Notes: a model not told the origin generated them from the sequence alone. Shown: positions 13,483 through 26,682, numbered from the stretch's first letter. The stretch: DNA of 64,000 nt from Haliotis rufescens (GCF_023055435.1 NW_025964112.1:62310001-62374000); one strand, 5' to 3'. Numbers and translations are program-made.

Positions 13483-13809
13483 GTGTGACCCACGCTTTTA
13501 ATTTACAGGCTGCCGTGATAAAGTATTATAATTGCTGACTGTGGCTTAAACAACGGCCCTTCAAGCTGTGTCCTGGTCACTAGGTTCCCTGTTTGCTGCA
13601 CGATGCTATGTCATGCTGTGCTGTGGTGAAGTTTTATCAGGGAAGGATGCACGCCGTAGAAATCTGTTCACGTGTTGTTGCAGTAAATGATTTTTTAATG
13701 ATAACGGGTGACATTTGTATACGAGACCGCGTTCGTTCGTTTTGTTGCGTTGTTTAGTAGTTTAATTATGTGTAGATGTAAAATTATGTGATTTATTAAC
13801 ATTTTCATG

Positions 13810-15020
13810 GAGCGGAAAGCTGGGGTTCAGTGACATCTACTTGCCAATGGCACACTGGGGTGTATTGACATATCCTTGGCAGGGAAAACTGGGGTTCAGT
13901 GACAGCTACTTGCCAATGGCACACTGGGGTGTATTGACATATCCTTGGCAGGGAAAACTGGGGTTCAGTGACATCTACTTGCCAATGGCACACTGGGGTG
14001 TATTGACATATCCTTGGCAGGGAAAACTGGGGTTCAGTGACAGCTACTTGCCAATGGCACACTGGTTTTTTTTTTACATATCCTTGGCAGGGAAAACTGG
14101 GGTTCAGTGACATCTACTTGCCAATGGCACACTGGGGTGTATTGACATATCATTGGCAGGGTAAACTGGGGTTCAGTGACATCTACTTGCCAATGGCACA
14201 CTGGGGTGTGTTGACATAGCCTTGGCAGGGAAAACTGGGGTTCAGTGACATCTACTTGCCAATGGCACACTGGGGTGTATTGACATATCCTTGGCAGGGA
14301 CAATTGGTTCAGTGACATCTACTTGCCAATGGCACACTGGGGTGTATTGACCTATCCTTGGCAGGGAAAATGGGTTCATTGACATCTGCTTGGCAGGGAA
14401 AACTGGAGTTCATTAACATCTACTTAGCAGGGAAAAAAATAGGGGTCGTTGACGTCTACTTGGCGGGGAAAAGTTGGGGTTCAAAGACATCTACTTGGCG
14501 GGAAAAAGCTGGGGTTCAAAGACAACTACTTGGCGGGGAAAAGCTGGGGTTCAAAGACATCTACTTGGCAGGGAAACGCTGTGGTTTAAAGACAGCTACT
14601 TGGCGGGGAAAAGCTGGGGTACATTGACATCTACCTTGCAGGGGAAAACTAGGGGTCGTTGACGTCTATTTGGCGGGGAAAAGCTGGGGTTCAAAGACAT
14701 CTACTTGGCGGGAAGAGCTGGGGTTCAAAGACATCTACTTGGCGGGGAAAAGCTGCTAGGGTACAAAGACATCTACTTGGCAGGGAAAAGCTGGGGTTCA
14801 AAGACATGTACTTGTAGGGAAAAGCTGGGGTACATAGACAGCTACTTGGCAGGGAAAGGCTGGGGTTCATAGACAGCTACTTGGCAAGGAAAAGCTGGGG
14901 TTCAAAGACAGCTACTTGGCAGGGACAAATTGGCGTTCATTGATATCTGCTTGGCAAGGGAAACTGGGACTCATTGACATCTACTTGGCGGGGAAAAACT
15001 GGAGTTCAGCGACACATACT
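13810..15020. repeat. Minisatellite: 69-bp dimeric units (~8 copies, 13810-14360) grading into ~35-bp monomers (14360-15020)
   Basis: Dimer GGCAGGGAAAACTGGGGTTCAGTGACATCTACTT + GCCAATGGCACACTGGGGTGTATTGACATATCCTT; monomer GGCGGGGAAAAGCTGGGGTTCAAAGACATCTACTT. Confidence 0.93.
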
Positions 15021-15306
15021 TTGCTGAGAGAAATTGAAGTGTATTAACAACCACTTGGGTTTAATAAAGAACATCCGAGGGCGACATATTTGGCAGTCAC
15101 ATATTGACAACTTTATATTCTTGATGATGAGATGCTTGGACGTATTCGTGTCTTCCATGCACAACTTATTAACTTTCTCATTTATCTATATTTAATGTAT
15201 GCAGAAAAATGTTAAGTAACCAGCTGAGAATGATAGCGATAGACGGCAGCGACTCCTAACTCACTCCACGAGATATACATCACAATAAAATAACTAAATC
15301 CGAATA

Positions 15307-15465
15307 CAGTAATCTACGGTTATAACGAACTCAAAGGGACTACTAATTTTAGTTCGTTATAAGTACATATACAACATGACTACAGCAAGTATTCGGGACC
15401 AAAAAGTAAGTTCATTATGTTCGTCAGTTCGTTATAAGCGTGTTCGTTATAACCGTAGTTTACTG
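15307..15465. mobile_element. pogo/Tigger-like MITE (159 bp)
   Basis: 24-bp TIR CAGTAA(T/A)CTACGGTTATAACGAAC (23/24 match), TA on both flanks, and internal TTCGTTATA repeats. Confidence 0.88.
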
Positions 15466-15957
15466 TATTACAGACCGTATTATTATTCATTCACAGTGTT
15501 GGAGAGAATGCTGCTTGCAACCTCTTTGTACCCACTTGGCTCACCTTGTCTGGAGGCCGATAACATGTTTCAACGACTCGTTCATAGCCTGTTGTTGTAC
15601 ATGGATAATATTGTGACCTCGTATTAATATATGATAGTGATTCATAAACACATGCTCAAGATATGGTCGGAATCGTACAATGGATTTAAGCAGCGATTGA
15701 TTATGGAAATAGGTTTGTCACTTTTATTTACACAGAAAATGTCGGAAATAAATCTTACTCGGGATCTCATGGTCTGCCGGTTACCTGTCCACACCTACTA
15801 AAAGGTAGATGAATAAACACACAGACACATTTAGATTCTTTAAATTCTGCAAGTTTAAGAAGCATTATCTTGCAATAAATGCACTCCCTTTCTTCGTGAA
15901 TGTCCTTTGAATAATACCTTAAGGGGACAACATATTCCTCATGAATTCACATCTGCG

Positions 15958-16110
15958 GCGCGGCGGGGTAGCATAGTGGTTCAAACGTTCGCTCATTACT
16001 CCGAAAGCCGGAATTCGATTCCCCACATGGATACAATGTGTGAAGCCCATTTCTGGAGTCCGCCACTGGAATATTGCTGGAATACTGCTAAAAGAGGCGA
16101 ACAATCACTC
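15958..16110 (+). mobile_element. SINE family A
   Basis: GGGGTAGCATAGTGGT..TTCGATTCCCCACATGG.TACAATGTGTGAAGCCCATTTCTGG..ATATTGCTGGAATACTGCTAAAAG. Confidence 0.9.
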
Positions 16111-17934
16111 CTTAGCTTCCACAATATGGCATCATTTAAAAAGAACATTGATCATAAATAACAGGAAAATATGTTCTTCTATCGTTCACTTTAATAAACA
16201 ACGTAGAATAATGTTATTTGATTGATTTATACATCATGATTGTATTGAAACATACTGTTATGATGTATTTTTACATGCAAAGTTTTTGTAACGTCTCTGT
16301 GGCCGCTTCCCTTAAGAAACCTCTGTACTAACCCCTGGGCCAAGTCATGGACCGTATAGATGGGTGAGTGTTTAACACAAGTCCTACTTTATCAGCCTCG
16401 TTCAGTTAACAAGGGGTTACATATTTGGGACATTGCATTACGCATTGGCGGGAGGATCAGAGGACTCAATGAATGCTGGGATTGTGCAAGAACCTGCGAC
16501 CGCGCTGACCGTATTTACAGCTTTCAATCAGTAAGTGATTGAAAACTATAACAAGCCAGTGTCCCCGTTTGTGATTAACTACTATATCTTGAGATATACA
16601 CCAAGTAGCTGTCTGACAACAGTCCGTATATCATATCGTATTTCATAAGTAGGTCAGTATTCACTTATATGCACAAGACGTCTTGACATGTATAACAATA
16701 TACAATCTATTCCCATGAGTGTAGTGGCCGTTTTTACAGGTGTACCCTTTCATAATGAAAACCCAATATCCACGTAGATAAAATAGTCCAGTGTTGTCGA
16801 TGGCATTTTGCCGTTCATAACACAATGAACAATCAGCTCTCAAGTTTTAATACTAGAACAATGCGTTCTTTTCTTGCAGAATATATCATCACATTTTCGT
16901 CAGGTGTAAACGTGGTGGAGTAAGACCGCTACAACTTATAGGCGATTTGTTCTTGAAAGGTGTTTGGCACATATCCCTATCGGCTGACAATAGGTCGTTT
17001 GTCTGATTGAAACCACAACAATGATGACTCGTACGGGGCCTGCTTGAGCTAAGGGTTGGGTACGAACCATGCAGGAATTTATCAAAGATATAAAAGTGAA
17101 ACGACTATACTACCAATTGTTGTCCGTCGTTTTGTGCAACGCGTAACCTATTGAATAAATACTGTTATTGTATAGACGTTTGAGTAGCTACTTTGTGATG
17201 TTTTCTCGGGATAATTCCACTTCATTTCAAATCTTTTTCACCCCGCACATAATCCTCCTTGTGATCCGGAAAACTACACGTAGCAGATAACGGAACAAAG
17301 GCTTCTATGTGTGGATCTTTACGGATCTGGCCACCTATAGGTAGATATTCGTAAATGCCTAAGCATGGCTCTCCGTCGTATGCAGAAAGTCAGTGGAATA
17401 CTTTCCGCTCCCAGTTTTAACTGTTCATAATCCCGTATACCGATGAGATGGCAGTGAAAAGAAAACACGTATAGCCAAATTAAACTAAAGGGCTGCCAGA
17501 TGTCCCGGAGTTTAATACAGTGACCTTTCGACAAGTCAGTGAATGAACAGTACCCGTCTGTAGTAATCTGTGCCCTGGCTCTGCAGGTTGCCCTTCTACA
17601 CATTGCAGGTGTGCAGCCATGACGCAAAGCTCGCTAGGCTGATCTTGTAGAGGTCGTAACCGTCAACTTTTTCACTTAAACACATTCCTTTTGCTTTATC
17701 ATATGATACCAATGAATGGCCCCATTATTATTTAAACCGACCTTCCCACATTCTATTGGATCCGAGAATCAGGACAGTTAATATTGTTTCTTGTCTGCGA
17801 AGGGAAAAAATACTACCATCATGCACTTGGTTCTGATCATGATTGTGTAAGAAGTCTGATTGTTAGCTCAATCTAAATCGAAACAGTAATCTCTTCCGAG
17901 TCGGAAATGATAGTATCATACTATAACGCCCCTC

Positions 17935-20900
17935 AACACGTTCCCCGATATACCTGTAGCACGTGTGTGTCAGTAGAGCCTTGTGTTCCCTGACATACCT
18001 ATAGCACACGTGTGTCAATTGAGCGTTGTGTTCCCAGATATACCTGTAGCACACGTTTGTCAAAAGAGTTTTTTCCCCCGATATACCTGAAGCACAGGTG
18101 CGTCAGTAGAGCGTTGTGTTCCCCGAAATATCTGTAGCACACGTGTGTCAATTGAGCGTTGTGTTCCCAGATATACCTGTAGCACACGTGTGTCAAAAGA
18201 GTTTTGTTCCCCGATATACCTGAAGCACAGGTGCGTCAGTAGAGCGTTGTGTTCCCCGAAATATCTGTAGCACACGTGTGTCAATTGAGCGTTGTGTTCC
18301 CAGATATACCTGTAGCACACGTGTGTCAATTGAGCGTTGTGTTCCAAGATATACCTGTAGCACACGTGTGTCAAAAGAGTTTTTTCCCCGATATACCTGA
18401 AGCACAGGTGCGTCAGTAGAGCGTTGTGTTCCCCGAAATATCTGTAGCACACGTGTGTCAATTGAGCGTTGTGTTCCCCGATATACCTGTAGCACGTGTG
18501 TGTCAGTAGAGTGTTGTGTTCCCTGACATACCTGTAGCACACGTGTGTCAATTGAGCGTTGTGTTCCCAGATATACCTGTAGCACACGTGTGTCAAAAGA
18601 GTTTTGTTCCCCGATATACCTGAAGCACAGGTGCGTCAGTAGAGTGTTGTGTTCCCCGAAATATCTGTAGCACACGTGTGTCAATTGAGCGTTGTGTTCC
18701 CAGATATACCTGTAGCACATGTGTGTCAGTAGAGCTTTGTGTTCCCCGACATACCTATAGCACACCTGTGTCATTGAGCGTTGTGTTCCCAGATATACCT
18801 GTAGCACACGTGTGTCAGTAGAGCTTTGTGTTCCCCGACATACCTATAGCACACCTGTGTCATTGAGCGTTGTGTTCCCCGATATACCTGTAGCACACGT
18901 GTGACAGTAAAGCCTTGTGTTCCCAGATATATCTGTAGCAAACGTGTGTCAAATGAGCGTTGTGTTCCCCGATATACCTGTAGCACACGTGTGTCAGTAG
19001 AATGTTGTGTTCCCCGATATGCCCGTAGCACACGTGTGTCAGTAGAGCGTGTGTTCCGCGATATACCTGTAGCACACGTGTCAGTAAGAGCGTTGTGTTC
19101 CCCGATATATCTGTAGCACACGTGTGTCAAAAGAGTTTTGTTCCCCGATATACCTGAAGCACAGGTACGTCAGTAGAGCGTTGTGTTCCCCGACATACCT
19201 GTAGCACACGTGTGTCATTTGAGCATTGTGTTCCCCGATATACCTGTAGCACGTGTGTGTCAGTAGAGCCTTGTGTTCCCTGACATACCTGTAGCACACG
19301 TGTGTCAATTGAGCGTTGTGTTCCCAGATATACCTGTAGCACACGTGTGTCAAAAGAGTTTTGTTCCCCGATATACCTGAAGCACAGGTGCGTCAGTTGA
19401 GCGTTGTGTTACCTGACATACCTGTAGCACACGTGTGTCAATTGAGCATTGTGTTTCAGGATATACCTGTAGCACATGTGTATCAGTAGAGCTTTGTGTT
19501 CCCCGACATACCTATAGCACACCTGTGTCATTGAGCGTTGTGTTCCCAGATATACCTGTAGCACATGTGTGTCAGTAGAGTGTTGTGTTCCCTGATATAC
19601 CTGTAGCACACGTGTGTAAGTAGAGCGTTGTGTTCCGCGATATACCTGTAGCACACGTGTCAGTAGAGCGTTGTGTTCCCCGATATACCTGTAGCACACG
19701 TGTGTCAGTAAGAGCGTTGTGTTCCGCGATATACCTGTAGCACACGTGTCAGTAGAGCTTTATGTTCCCCGACATAGCTGTAGCACACGTGTCAGTAGAG
19801 TGTTGTGTTCCCTGATATACCTGTAGCACACGTGTCAGTAGAGCGTTGTGTTCCCCGACATAGCTGTAGCACACGTGTGTCAATTGAGCGTTGTGTTCCC
19901 TGATTTACCTGTATCACACGTGTGTCAGTAGAGCGTTGTGTTCCCCGACATAGCTGTAACACACGTGTGTCAATTGAGCGTTGTGTTCCCAGATATACTT
20001 GTAACACACGTGTGTCAGAAGAGTGTTGTGTTCCCCGATATAGCTGAAGCACACGTGCGTCAGTAGAGCGCTGTGTTCCCCGACATAACTGTAGCACACG
20101 TGTGTCAGTAGAGTGTTGTATTCCACTGTATATTTGTAGCATATCAGTGTCAGTAGAATGCTGTGTTCCCAGATATACCTGTAGCACACGTATGTCAGTC
20201 GAGTTTTGTGATCCCCGATATATCTGTGGCACACGTGTGTCAGTAGAGTGTTGTGTTCCCCGATATTCCTGTAGCCGATGTTTGTCAATTGAGACTTCTG
20301 TTCCCCGACATTCCTGTAGCCGATGTTTGTCAGTAGAGAGTTGCTCCCCGACATTCCTGTAGCCGATGTTTGTCAGTGGAGAGTTGTGTTCCCCGACATT
20401 CCTGTAGCCGATGTTTGTCAGCGGAGAGTTGTGTTCCCCGACATACCTGTAGCCGATGTTTGTCAGTGGAGAGTTGTTCCCCGACGTTCCTGTAGCCGAT
20501 GTTTGTCAGTGGAGAGTTGTGTTCCCCGACATTCCTGTAGCCGATGTTTGTCAGTGGAGAGTTGTGTTCCCCGACATACCTGTAGCTCACGTGTGTCAGT
20601 ATGATGTCAGTTGAGTGTTACATAACAGTGTCAGACGTCACAAGTGTCACTCAGTACCATCAGTAGAACAATTATTCGCACTATTAAGAACTACGGCAGT
20701 GAAGACATGAGTATGTACATTACTTACGGTTATTCCGACTCACAGAACAGGCACGTATGTTTGTTTGTCAATGGAGAGCTGTTCCCCGACATTCCTGTAG
20801 CCGATGTTTGTCAGTGGAGAGTTGTGTTCCCCGACATTCCTGTAGCCGATGTTTGTCAGTGGAGAGTTGTTCCCCGACGTTCCTGTAGCCGATGTTTGTC

Positions 20901-20950
20901 AGTGGAGAATTGTGTTCCCCGACATACCTGTAGCTCACGTGTGTCAGTAT
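17935..20950. repeat. 45-bp minisatellite (GTTGTGTTCCCCGATATACCTGTAGCACACGTGTGTCAGTAGAGC), ~60 copies with variant blocks
   Basis: Visible tandem periodicity and a 15-aa repeat in several ORFs. A GCCGATGTTTGTCAG variant takes over from ~20270. Confidence 0.95.
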
Positions 20951-21494
20951 GATGTCAGTTGAGTGTCACATAACAGTGTCACTCAGTACCATCAGTAGAA
21001 CCATTATTCGCACTTTTAAGAACTACGGCAGTGAAGACATGAGTATGTACATTACTTACGGTTATTCCGACTCACAGAACAGGCACGTATGGCGAGGCAC
21101 CTATGGCCAGGCACGTATGGCGAGGTACTACTGAACGCAGCACATACATCATCACAGTCTGGCGTCCGGATGGCGAATTATACCACTGCAGATCATAGGA
21201 ACACTGTTTTTCAGTGGTACAATGCACAATGTGCCTGCTCGCAAAACACTAGCTATGCACAAAAAGTTAGACATCATGAATAGTTTGTGAGATATCTTTG
21301 AGAGATTATGTGCTCAGTCTTCACTACAAACATGTGCCCCAAATATGATTCACAATGTTTTGTGTTCAGTATATAAGTAAAGTCCGTTGGCGTTCTAGTT
21401 TTAAAATCTATATTGCTAGTGATTTGGCTGACTTTAATAAAACACATAATTGTGTCAAATTGAAAACACTGAGTTTCAGGGTAGTGAAAGCTCG

Positions 21495-21730
21495 AGTTGG
21501 AGTGAATTTGGTTGAGGCCACTTCGAACGGCTTTTCAGTCATATCACCGCGTGTCAACTTAAAGTATGAGAAAAGTACAAAGTGATGCAGGTCTGACCCC
21601 ATTGGTGAAACACACACGCACTGGTATGGTGCTGACAAACTAAGAATCATCATCGAGGCGAACTTGGGATTCGTAACCACTATAATAGGATCCTGGAAAA
21701 CCTAAGGGATGCAACTTGTGGCACCACCCG
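21495..21730 (-). mobile_element. SINE family B, old copy
   Basis: Degenerate match to 44773-45055 (GTGATGCAGGTCT..GGTATGGTGCTGACAAAC..GGGATTCG). Confidence 0.75.
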
Positions 21731-23554
21731 TTCTCCTACTTGGTAATGAGGTGCCCGAGAAGTGAAGCTACAACAAGAAATAAATGACTTCATGGATATT
21801 AACTACTCTGGCGATACTTTGCACTGAAGTCACACTGAACTAACATCCCGGTCCTAATATACTTAGTTATCCCTAAGGAAACCAAAGCTGCATTGCTGAT
21901 TGCGGCAGCTTACACGATTACGCAAAAAGTACCGTTTATTGTGAATAAACCAGTTAGACTGGAGTGGATCGGTTCCATTACAACGCGTCAGCTCAAAGTG
22001 ATCTTGGTCGAAAACATTTCATTATGTTGATTCAGTGATTCTCACCTACCATCAGCAGATCCCGACATGGCAAAGGGAGGCAACACTGTAAAGCTTTTAT
22101 TAGGGTCATAGACCACTGAACAGCCCGATATCTGTTTTTATGTGTTTCAACATTCGTGATAAATGCGACCTTGTAATATAGCTGATCGGTGAATTAAACG
22201 TCTTGCAGGTAATTAACATAGAAAATTTATATTCATGTTGCCATCACAAAATAAGAAACACAAACTATCGCCAGGCACATGGGGCCAAGTTATTCTCGTT
22301 GGAAGTTTCTAGAAGTATTGCATCATTAGTTGTAATGATTTTCTGGAAATAGTAACAGTGTTGTTTTCAAAGGATAAATCACTTCACTGGTATTATGTTG
22401 TCAAAGGTAAATCACGATTTGTTGACAAATATCTAATCATCCTAGTAAAACGTCATCGAGACCCGTGACTATCAATTAAAAGTAATATCGTTAAGTGATA
22501 ATTGTGCTCGAATAATACTTCAACTGTCATTTATGGGTAATAAATATTTGAAAATCACAGCAGGATCTTGCAGAAATTTGCAAACAACGTTATTTATAGT
22601 CCAACGTGCCGGCTAATTGATAAAGCAAAGTGTCAGCTACAAAGATGCATTTTTAAATTGAGGAAATGTCCACTTGAGAATGTCAGTTTCTCAAATAATC
22701 GTGACGATACATTCGATGTATTTTCAGACAAATACAGTGTATGACGTCATAAGCCTATTTCCGCTTGATGGAGGAGTTGGGATATGATGAGTGTATAAAT
22801 GTCAATATTGAACAGCTTTGCAAATCGAGCACATTCATTGATTATTAATCTTACAGAAGTGTCTCTGTTTAATGCTTTGATAATACATGATGGAGTGTGC
22901 AAAATACGGTAGACCAGCCGGGACATGAATTTGCTTGAATAGATGTAAAGAGGCTGGTGGCGGAACATGGTACGGTCTTATATCAGATAAATATTCTGTT
23001 ATTTGTACACAGGAGCAAGTCTTCCACACTAGGGTACACTACTAGTCAAAACAAAGAACCCTGATCGCGACTGTCTCACGAACATTTTGCTGTTTGATCG
23101 AGGGTACGTTGAGCAATTACGTTCAAGAGTGATACGACCGAGCGTCGCGCAGAGGTCAAGGTCGTGGAAACGGTAGTTTAGGCTAGTTGCGGCCTACTGA
23201 TCACTCGGCACTGTGATGGAAATTATTTTTGTCAAGTAGTGTATGAGAGTCGCCATGTACACAATATTGTAATAGGTAAGTTTACACTGCTGGTAGTGGT
23301 GGACGTCGTATATAACCCATTGGGCGTAGCGTGTGACGAGCGAGCGCTNNNNNNNNNNNNNNNNNNNNNNNNNNNNNNNNNNNNNNNNNNNNNNNNNNNN
23401 NNNNNNNNNNNNNNNNNNNNNNNNNNNNNNNNNNNNNNNNNNNNNNNNNNNNNNNNNNNNNNNNNNNNNNNNNNNNNNNNNNNNNNNNNNNNNNNNNNNN
23501 NNNNNNNNNNNNNNNNNNNNNNNNNNNTCCGTGTGCGTGCGTGCGTGTGTGAGG

Positions 23555-23750
23555 GTGAGTGAGTTATGCTATGTAGGAGGAAAGCCTGTTGTAACTCAGA
23601 TCTTACACATGACCTCTTCACGACCACGTATGATGCTGCCTAAACCAGAATAATTATCATAATCTCGGATTCGAACCCACGATCACAAGATTCCTGCACG
23701 CCATATGGATGCATCTTTGCACAGTCTGCGACGACTGGGACACCCGGTGT
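23555..23750 (-). mobile_element. SINE family B, very old copy
   Basis: ATGTAGGAGGAAAGCC, GGATTCGAACCCACGATC and GACGACTGGGACACCCG are collinear with family B. Confidence 0.6.
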
Positions 23751-25144
23751 TCTGCTAGGTCCAGAGAGGTCCGAGTCAAATGAAGCTGCAGCATCTGAAA
23801 TATATATATTCATGGATACAAACAACTCTCATGAGCCTGACCTTGCATTGCAATGACACTGTACGTTCAGATTTCCCTTGCATAATTCAATGAAAACTGA
23901 AAGTATATTAAAATCAACCAACGTTACAAGTTCGAAGTAAATATATTATGTAAAAATAAGCAACTTATAATGTGGCATTGTAAAAATAGGTGGTGTATTT
24001 GTCAACGATAATCAGTTCTATAAGGAATTAGTGCCACCTCGAACAAATATTGCCGGTGTAAATGTATCGTGGATAAAATTTCCTAGATAAAACTGTTCAA
24101 TGGGAATAATGACCTTTTAAAGAATAGTACAAAGGGACACTACAGGGAATTTCACTACAGTAACAGATACTCTTTGACACACGTATACAACGTCACCGAT
24201 CACGTGTCCTGACATCGTTTTAACGCATATGAAATGAAATATATATATAGACAGTTAAACTCGGGATTGGCTCGACGATTACTTTTTTCCCGGAAGTATA
24301 TGACGATGTTTTGCTATGAGCACCGCTTGAAATGTAATTGGCAGAAATAGCATGCGGGGCCTAAGCGCTTAAGCCCTAGGTTTCACACAGCAGCGTTAAG
24401 CACGGCTAGGTGAACCGTCTCTGGATACAGGGGTCTTTACTCCTAACGCATGTCATCATAGCAAACGTGTGAAAAAAGACGTTACAGTCTGTGCAAAACA
24501 CCGCTATTCTATTGAAACACAACTATTCCTATGAAAAAACTTGATACACCTTGGCACATGAATAGATCAAATAGGCCGATGTTTGAGTAAGTAATAGTGT
24601 CAGGAATATATTTTACTGTGACAATTTTATTTAACAGTACCTCCATAGGCTTTGAAAATACGCATTGTGGAAATCGTCAATACATGACACGACTTCTGCG
24701 ACTTTCCCTTGAAGGCTGAAACGGGGTTCCATACGCCCACCGCTATACATTCTCAACACGCACATAACTGGCGCTGTTAAGAAAACACTTTCAGTAATGG
24801 GGGTTTCATTGAACAATAATAAAGTGTTCTAATTATAGTGGTGAAAGCTGTTCATCATCAATAAAATTCTATATTTGGTGTGAAACTACATTTATGAATG
24901 GACATTGTTTGCGTATCTCCTTTCACCCTCGCTATCGACAACAAAAAGAATGATAGCTTAATTGGGGACAGCTATATTTCACTGGGGAGGAGTAATTGAT
25001 ACATCAATCATTAAAAACCCATGTGCTACGTTTATTTGATATGACGCAGTTGACTGACACCTCCAGAAATTCCTAGGACATTTTGAAATAAGAGAAATAA
25101 AAGCGGTAAAAGCTTTTCCATATTCATAAGAAATCTCTGCTACA

Positions 25145-25349
25145 AGCCGATTATACCATTCCGACTCTATCATGAGAATGTGTTTATGAATCACCATCAA
25201 ACAATAATGATACCAGGTGTTTGTGAAAAGGTGAGCGTATCCTGCCCCACCGGTGGCACCCGTCACAAACACATGTAAAGGCAAGTCAGGTGTTCACCTG
25301 AAAAAACAAGGGAACATCAGGTTCAAGTCAAAATAAGGAATTACATAGG
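25145..25349 (-). mobile_element. Solo 3' module of the Penelope-like element
   Basis: Reverse complement reads TTGCCTTTACATGTGTTTGTGACGGGTGCCACCGGTGGGGCAGGATACGCTCACCTTTTCACAAACACCTGGTATCA..GTGATTCATAAACACAT, homologous to 57185-57310 and 5990-6290. Confidence 0.8.
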
Positions 25350-25705
25350 TGAGGTGAGGTGAAATTGGGTTTAACGTCGCGTCCAAGATTATTGCACTTA
25401 TATAGCGACGTGCATGTACGTGTATGTGTTTGTATGGCTGCTTGTACTAGTCCGGACTGATGCCGATTTATAGTGCTAGCTCACTGAGATATCATGCCGC
25501 ATTTTAACATGGATACCCCACTCAGACATAGTATACTGACTCCGAGCCGACCAGTCCTTGTTTTAGCCCCTTAATGCCGAGTGCCAGACAGGGTAACAAC
25601 AAGTACCATCTTTTAACGTCTTTTGGTATGACGCGGCAGGGGATCGAACCCCGGACCTTCCGCTCTCCGGGCGGACGCTCTACCACTAGACCACGGAGGC
25701 GGTCC
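25350..25705 (-). mobile_element. SINE family C, full-length young copy
   Basis: tRNA-like head with A box (TGGTCTAGTGG) and B box (GGTTCGATCCC), and a perfect 12-bp TSD GAATTACATAGG (25338-25349 / 25706-25717). Confidence 0.93.
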
Positions 25706-25788
25706 GAATTACATAGGACATCATCAAAGAACTCTCATTAAGTATCAGCTTAAACAAAAGCCACACGGTTGTCTTTACTTGAAATAAT

Positions 25789-25952
25789 GGGCGGTGGGGT
25801 AGCCCTATGGTGAAAGCGTTCTCTCGACGAAGACCCGGGTTCGATTTTCCACATGGGTACAATGTGTGAAGCCCCTTTCTGGTGTCATCCGCCGTGATAT
25901 TGCCGGAATATTGCTAAAAGCGGCGTAAAACCATACTCACTCACTCACTCAC
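25789..25952 (+). mobile_element. SINE family A, full length
   Basis: tRNA head, (ACTC)n tail, and a perfect 12-bp TSD TACTTGAAATAA (25776-25787 / 25953-25964). Confidence 0.93.
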
Positions 25953-26215
25953 TACTTGAAATAACACAAATACCTACCCATCTACAAAGTTAAAAAATTC
26001 TAGTCAGAATAAATCTAGGTACATGTCCTGTTTAATACCATTCTTGATGGCTATCTGTACACATTATGTATCCTATATTGTTGAGACCTTTTCTTTTAAA
26101 ATACTAATTTGGTAAAGGTTTTAGGTCGAGACATAGGGAAATGGGATAGTCTCCTGCAGTCAGGGATGTTTTTTTACCCAAACTGTGCTATCTTCTGGAC
26201 TATCTTCTTTTAACT

Positions 26216-26462
26216 GGGGGCACGGTTGGCCCAGTCGTCTAAGGCACCGCGATTTGCTGTGCAGAGTTGCGTCCCTTGGGCACGCCAGAAACCTATGATT
26301 ATGTTTCTAGGTTTATCAGCACCATACCCATGCTCGTGGGTTTTTCCGAAGTGGTAAACGTCTGAGACCTGCATCACTTCGGGCTTTCCTCCCACATTAA
26401 GCTGACACGCCGTGATATAACTGGAATACTGTTAAAAGCGGCGTTAAACCCAACTCACTCAT
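26216..26462 (+). mobile_element. SINE family B with internal deletion of the B box
   Basis: Collinear with 44773-45055 except for the segment between two GATT direct repeats. Confidence 0.9.
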
Positions 26463-26532
26463 CATCATTATCATTATCATCATGTTAAGCACAACGATTC
26501 CTCTCTTCGTACAAGTGATGGACCTGTCTATG

Positions 26533-26682
26533 AATCTGCACATGATAACATCAATATGTTGGTATGACTCATCTTATCCGCAATAATGTAATAACAAACA
26601 CACAAATCTGCACATGATAACATCAATATGTTGGTATGACTCATCTTATCCGCAATAATGTAATTACTAACACACAAATCTG
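26533..26682. repeat. 72-bp tandem duplication
   Basis: AATCTGCACATGATAACATCAATATGTTGGTATGACTCATCTTATCCGCAATAATGTAAT.. starts at 26533 and again at 26605. Confidence 0.92.

Noticed and set aside
16900-17100. TYRRFVL-like peptide after possible splice acceptors
   Set aside because: It is followed by stops and has no further similarity to a family I can name.
17863-20952. Cys/His-rich repeat ORFs (THVCYRYIWEHNAQL)
   Set aside because: These are translations of the 45-bp array with frequent frameshifts, not zinc fingers.
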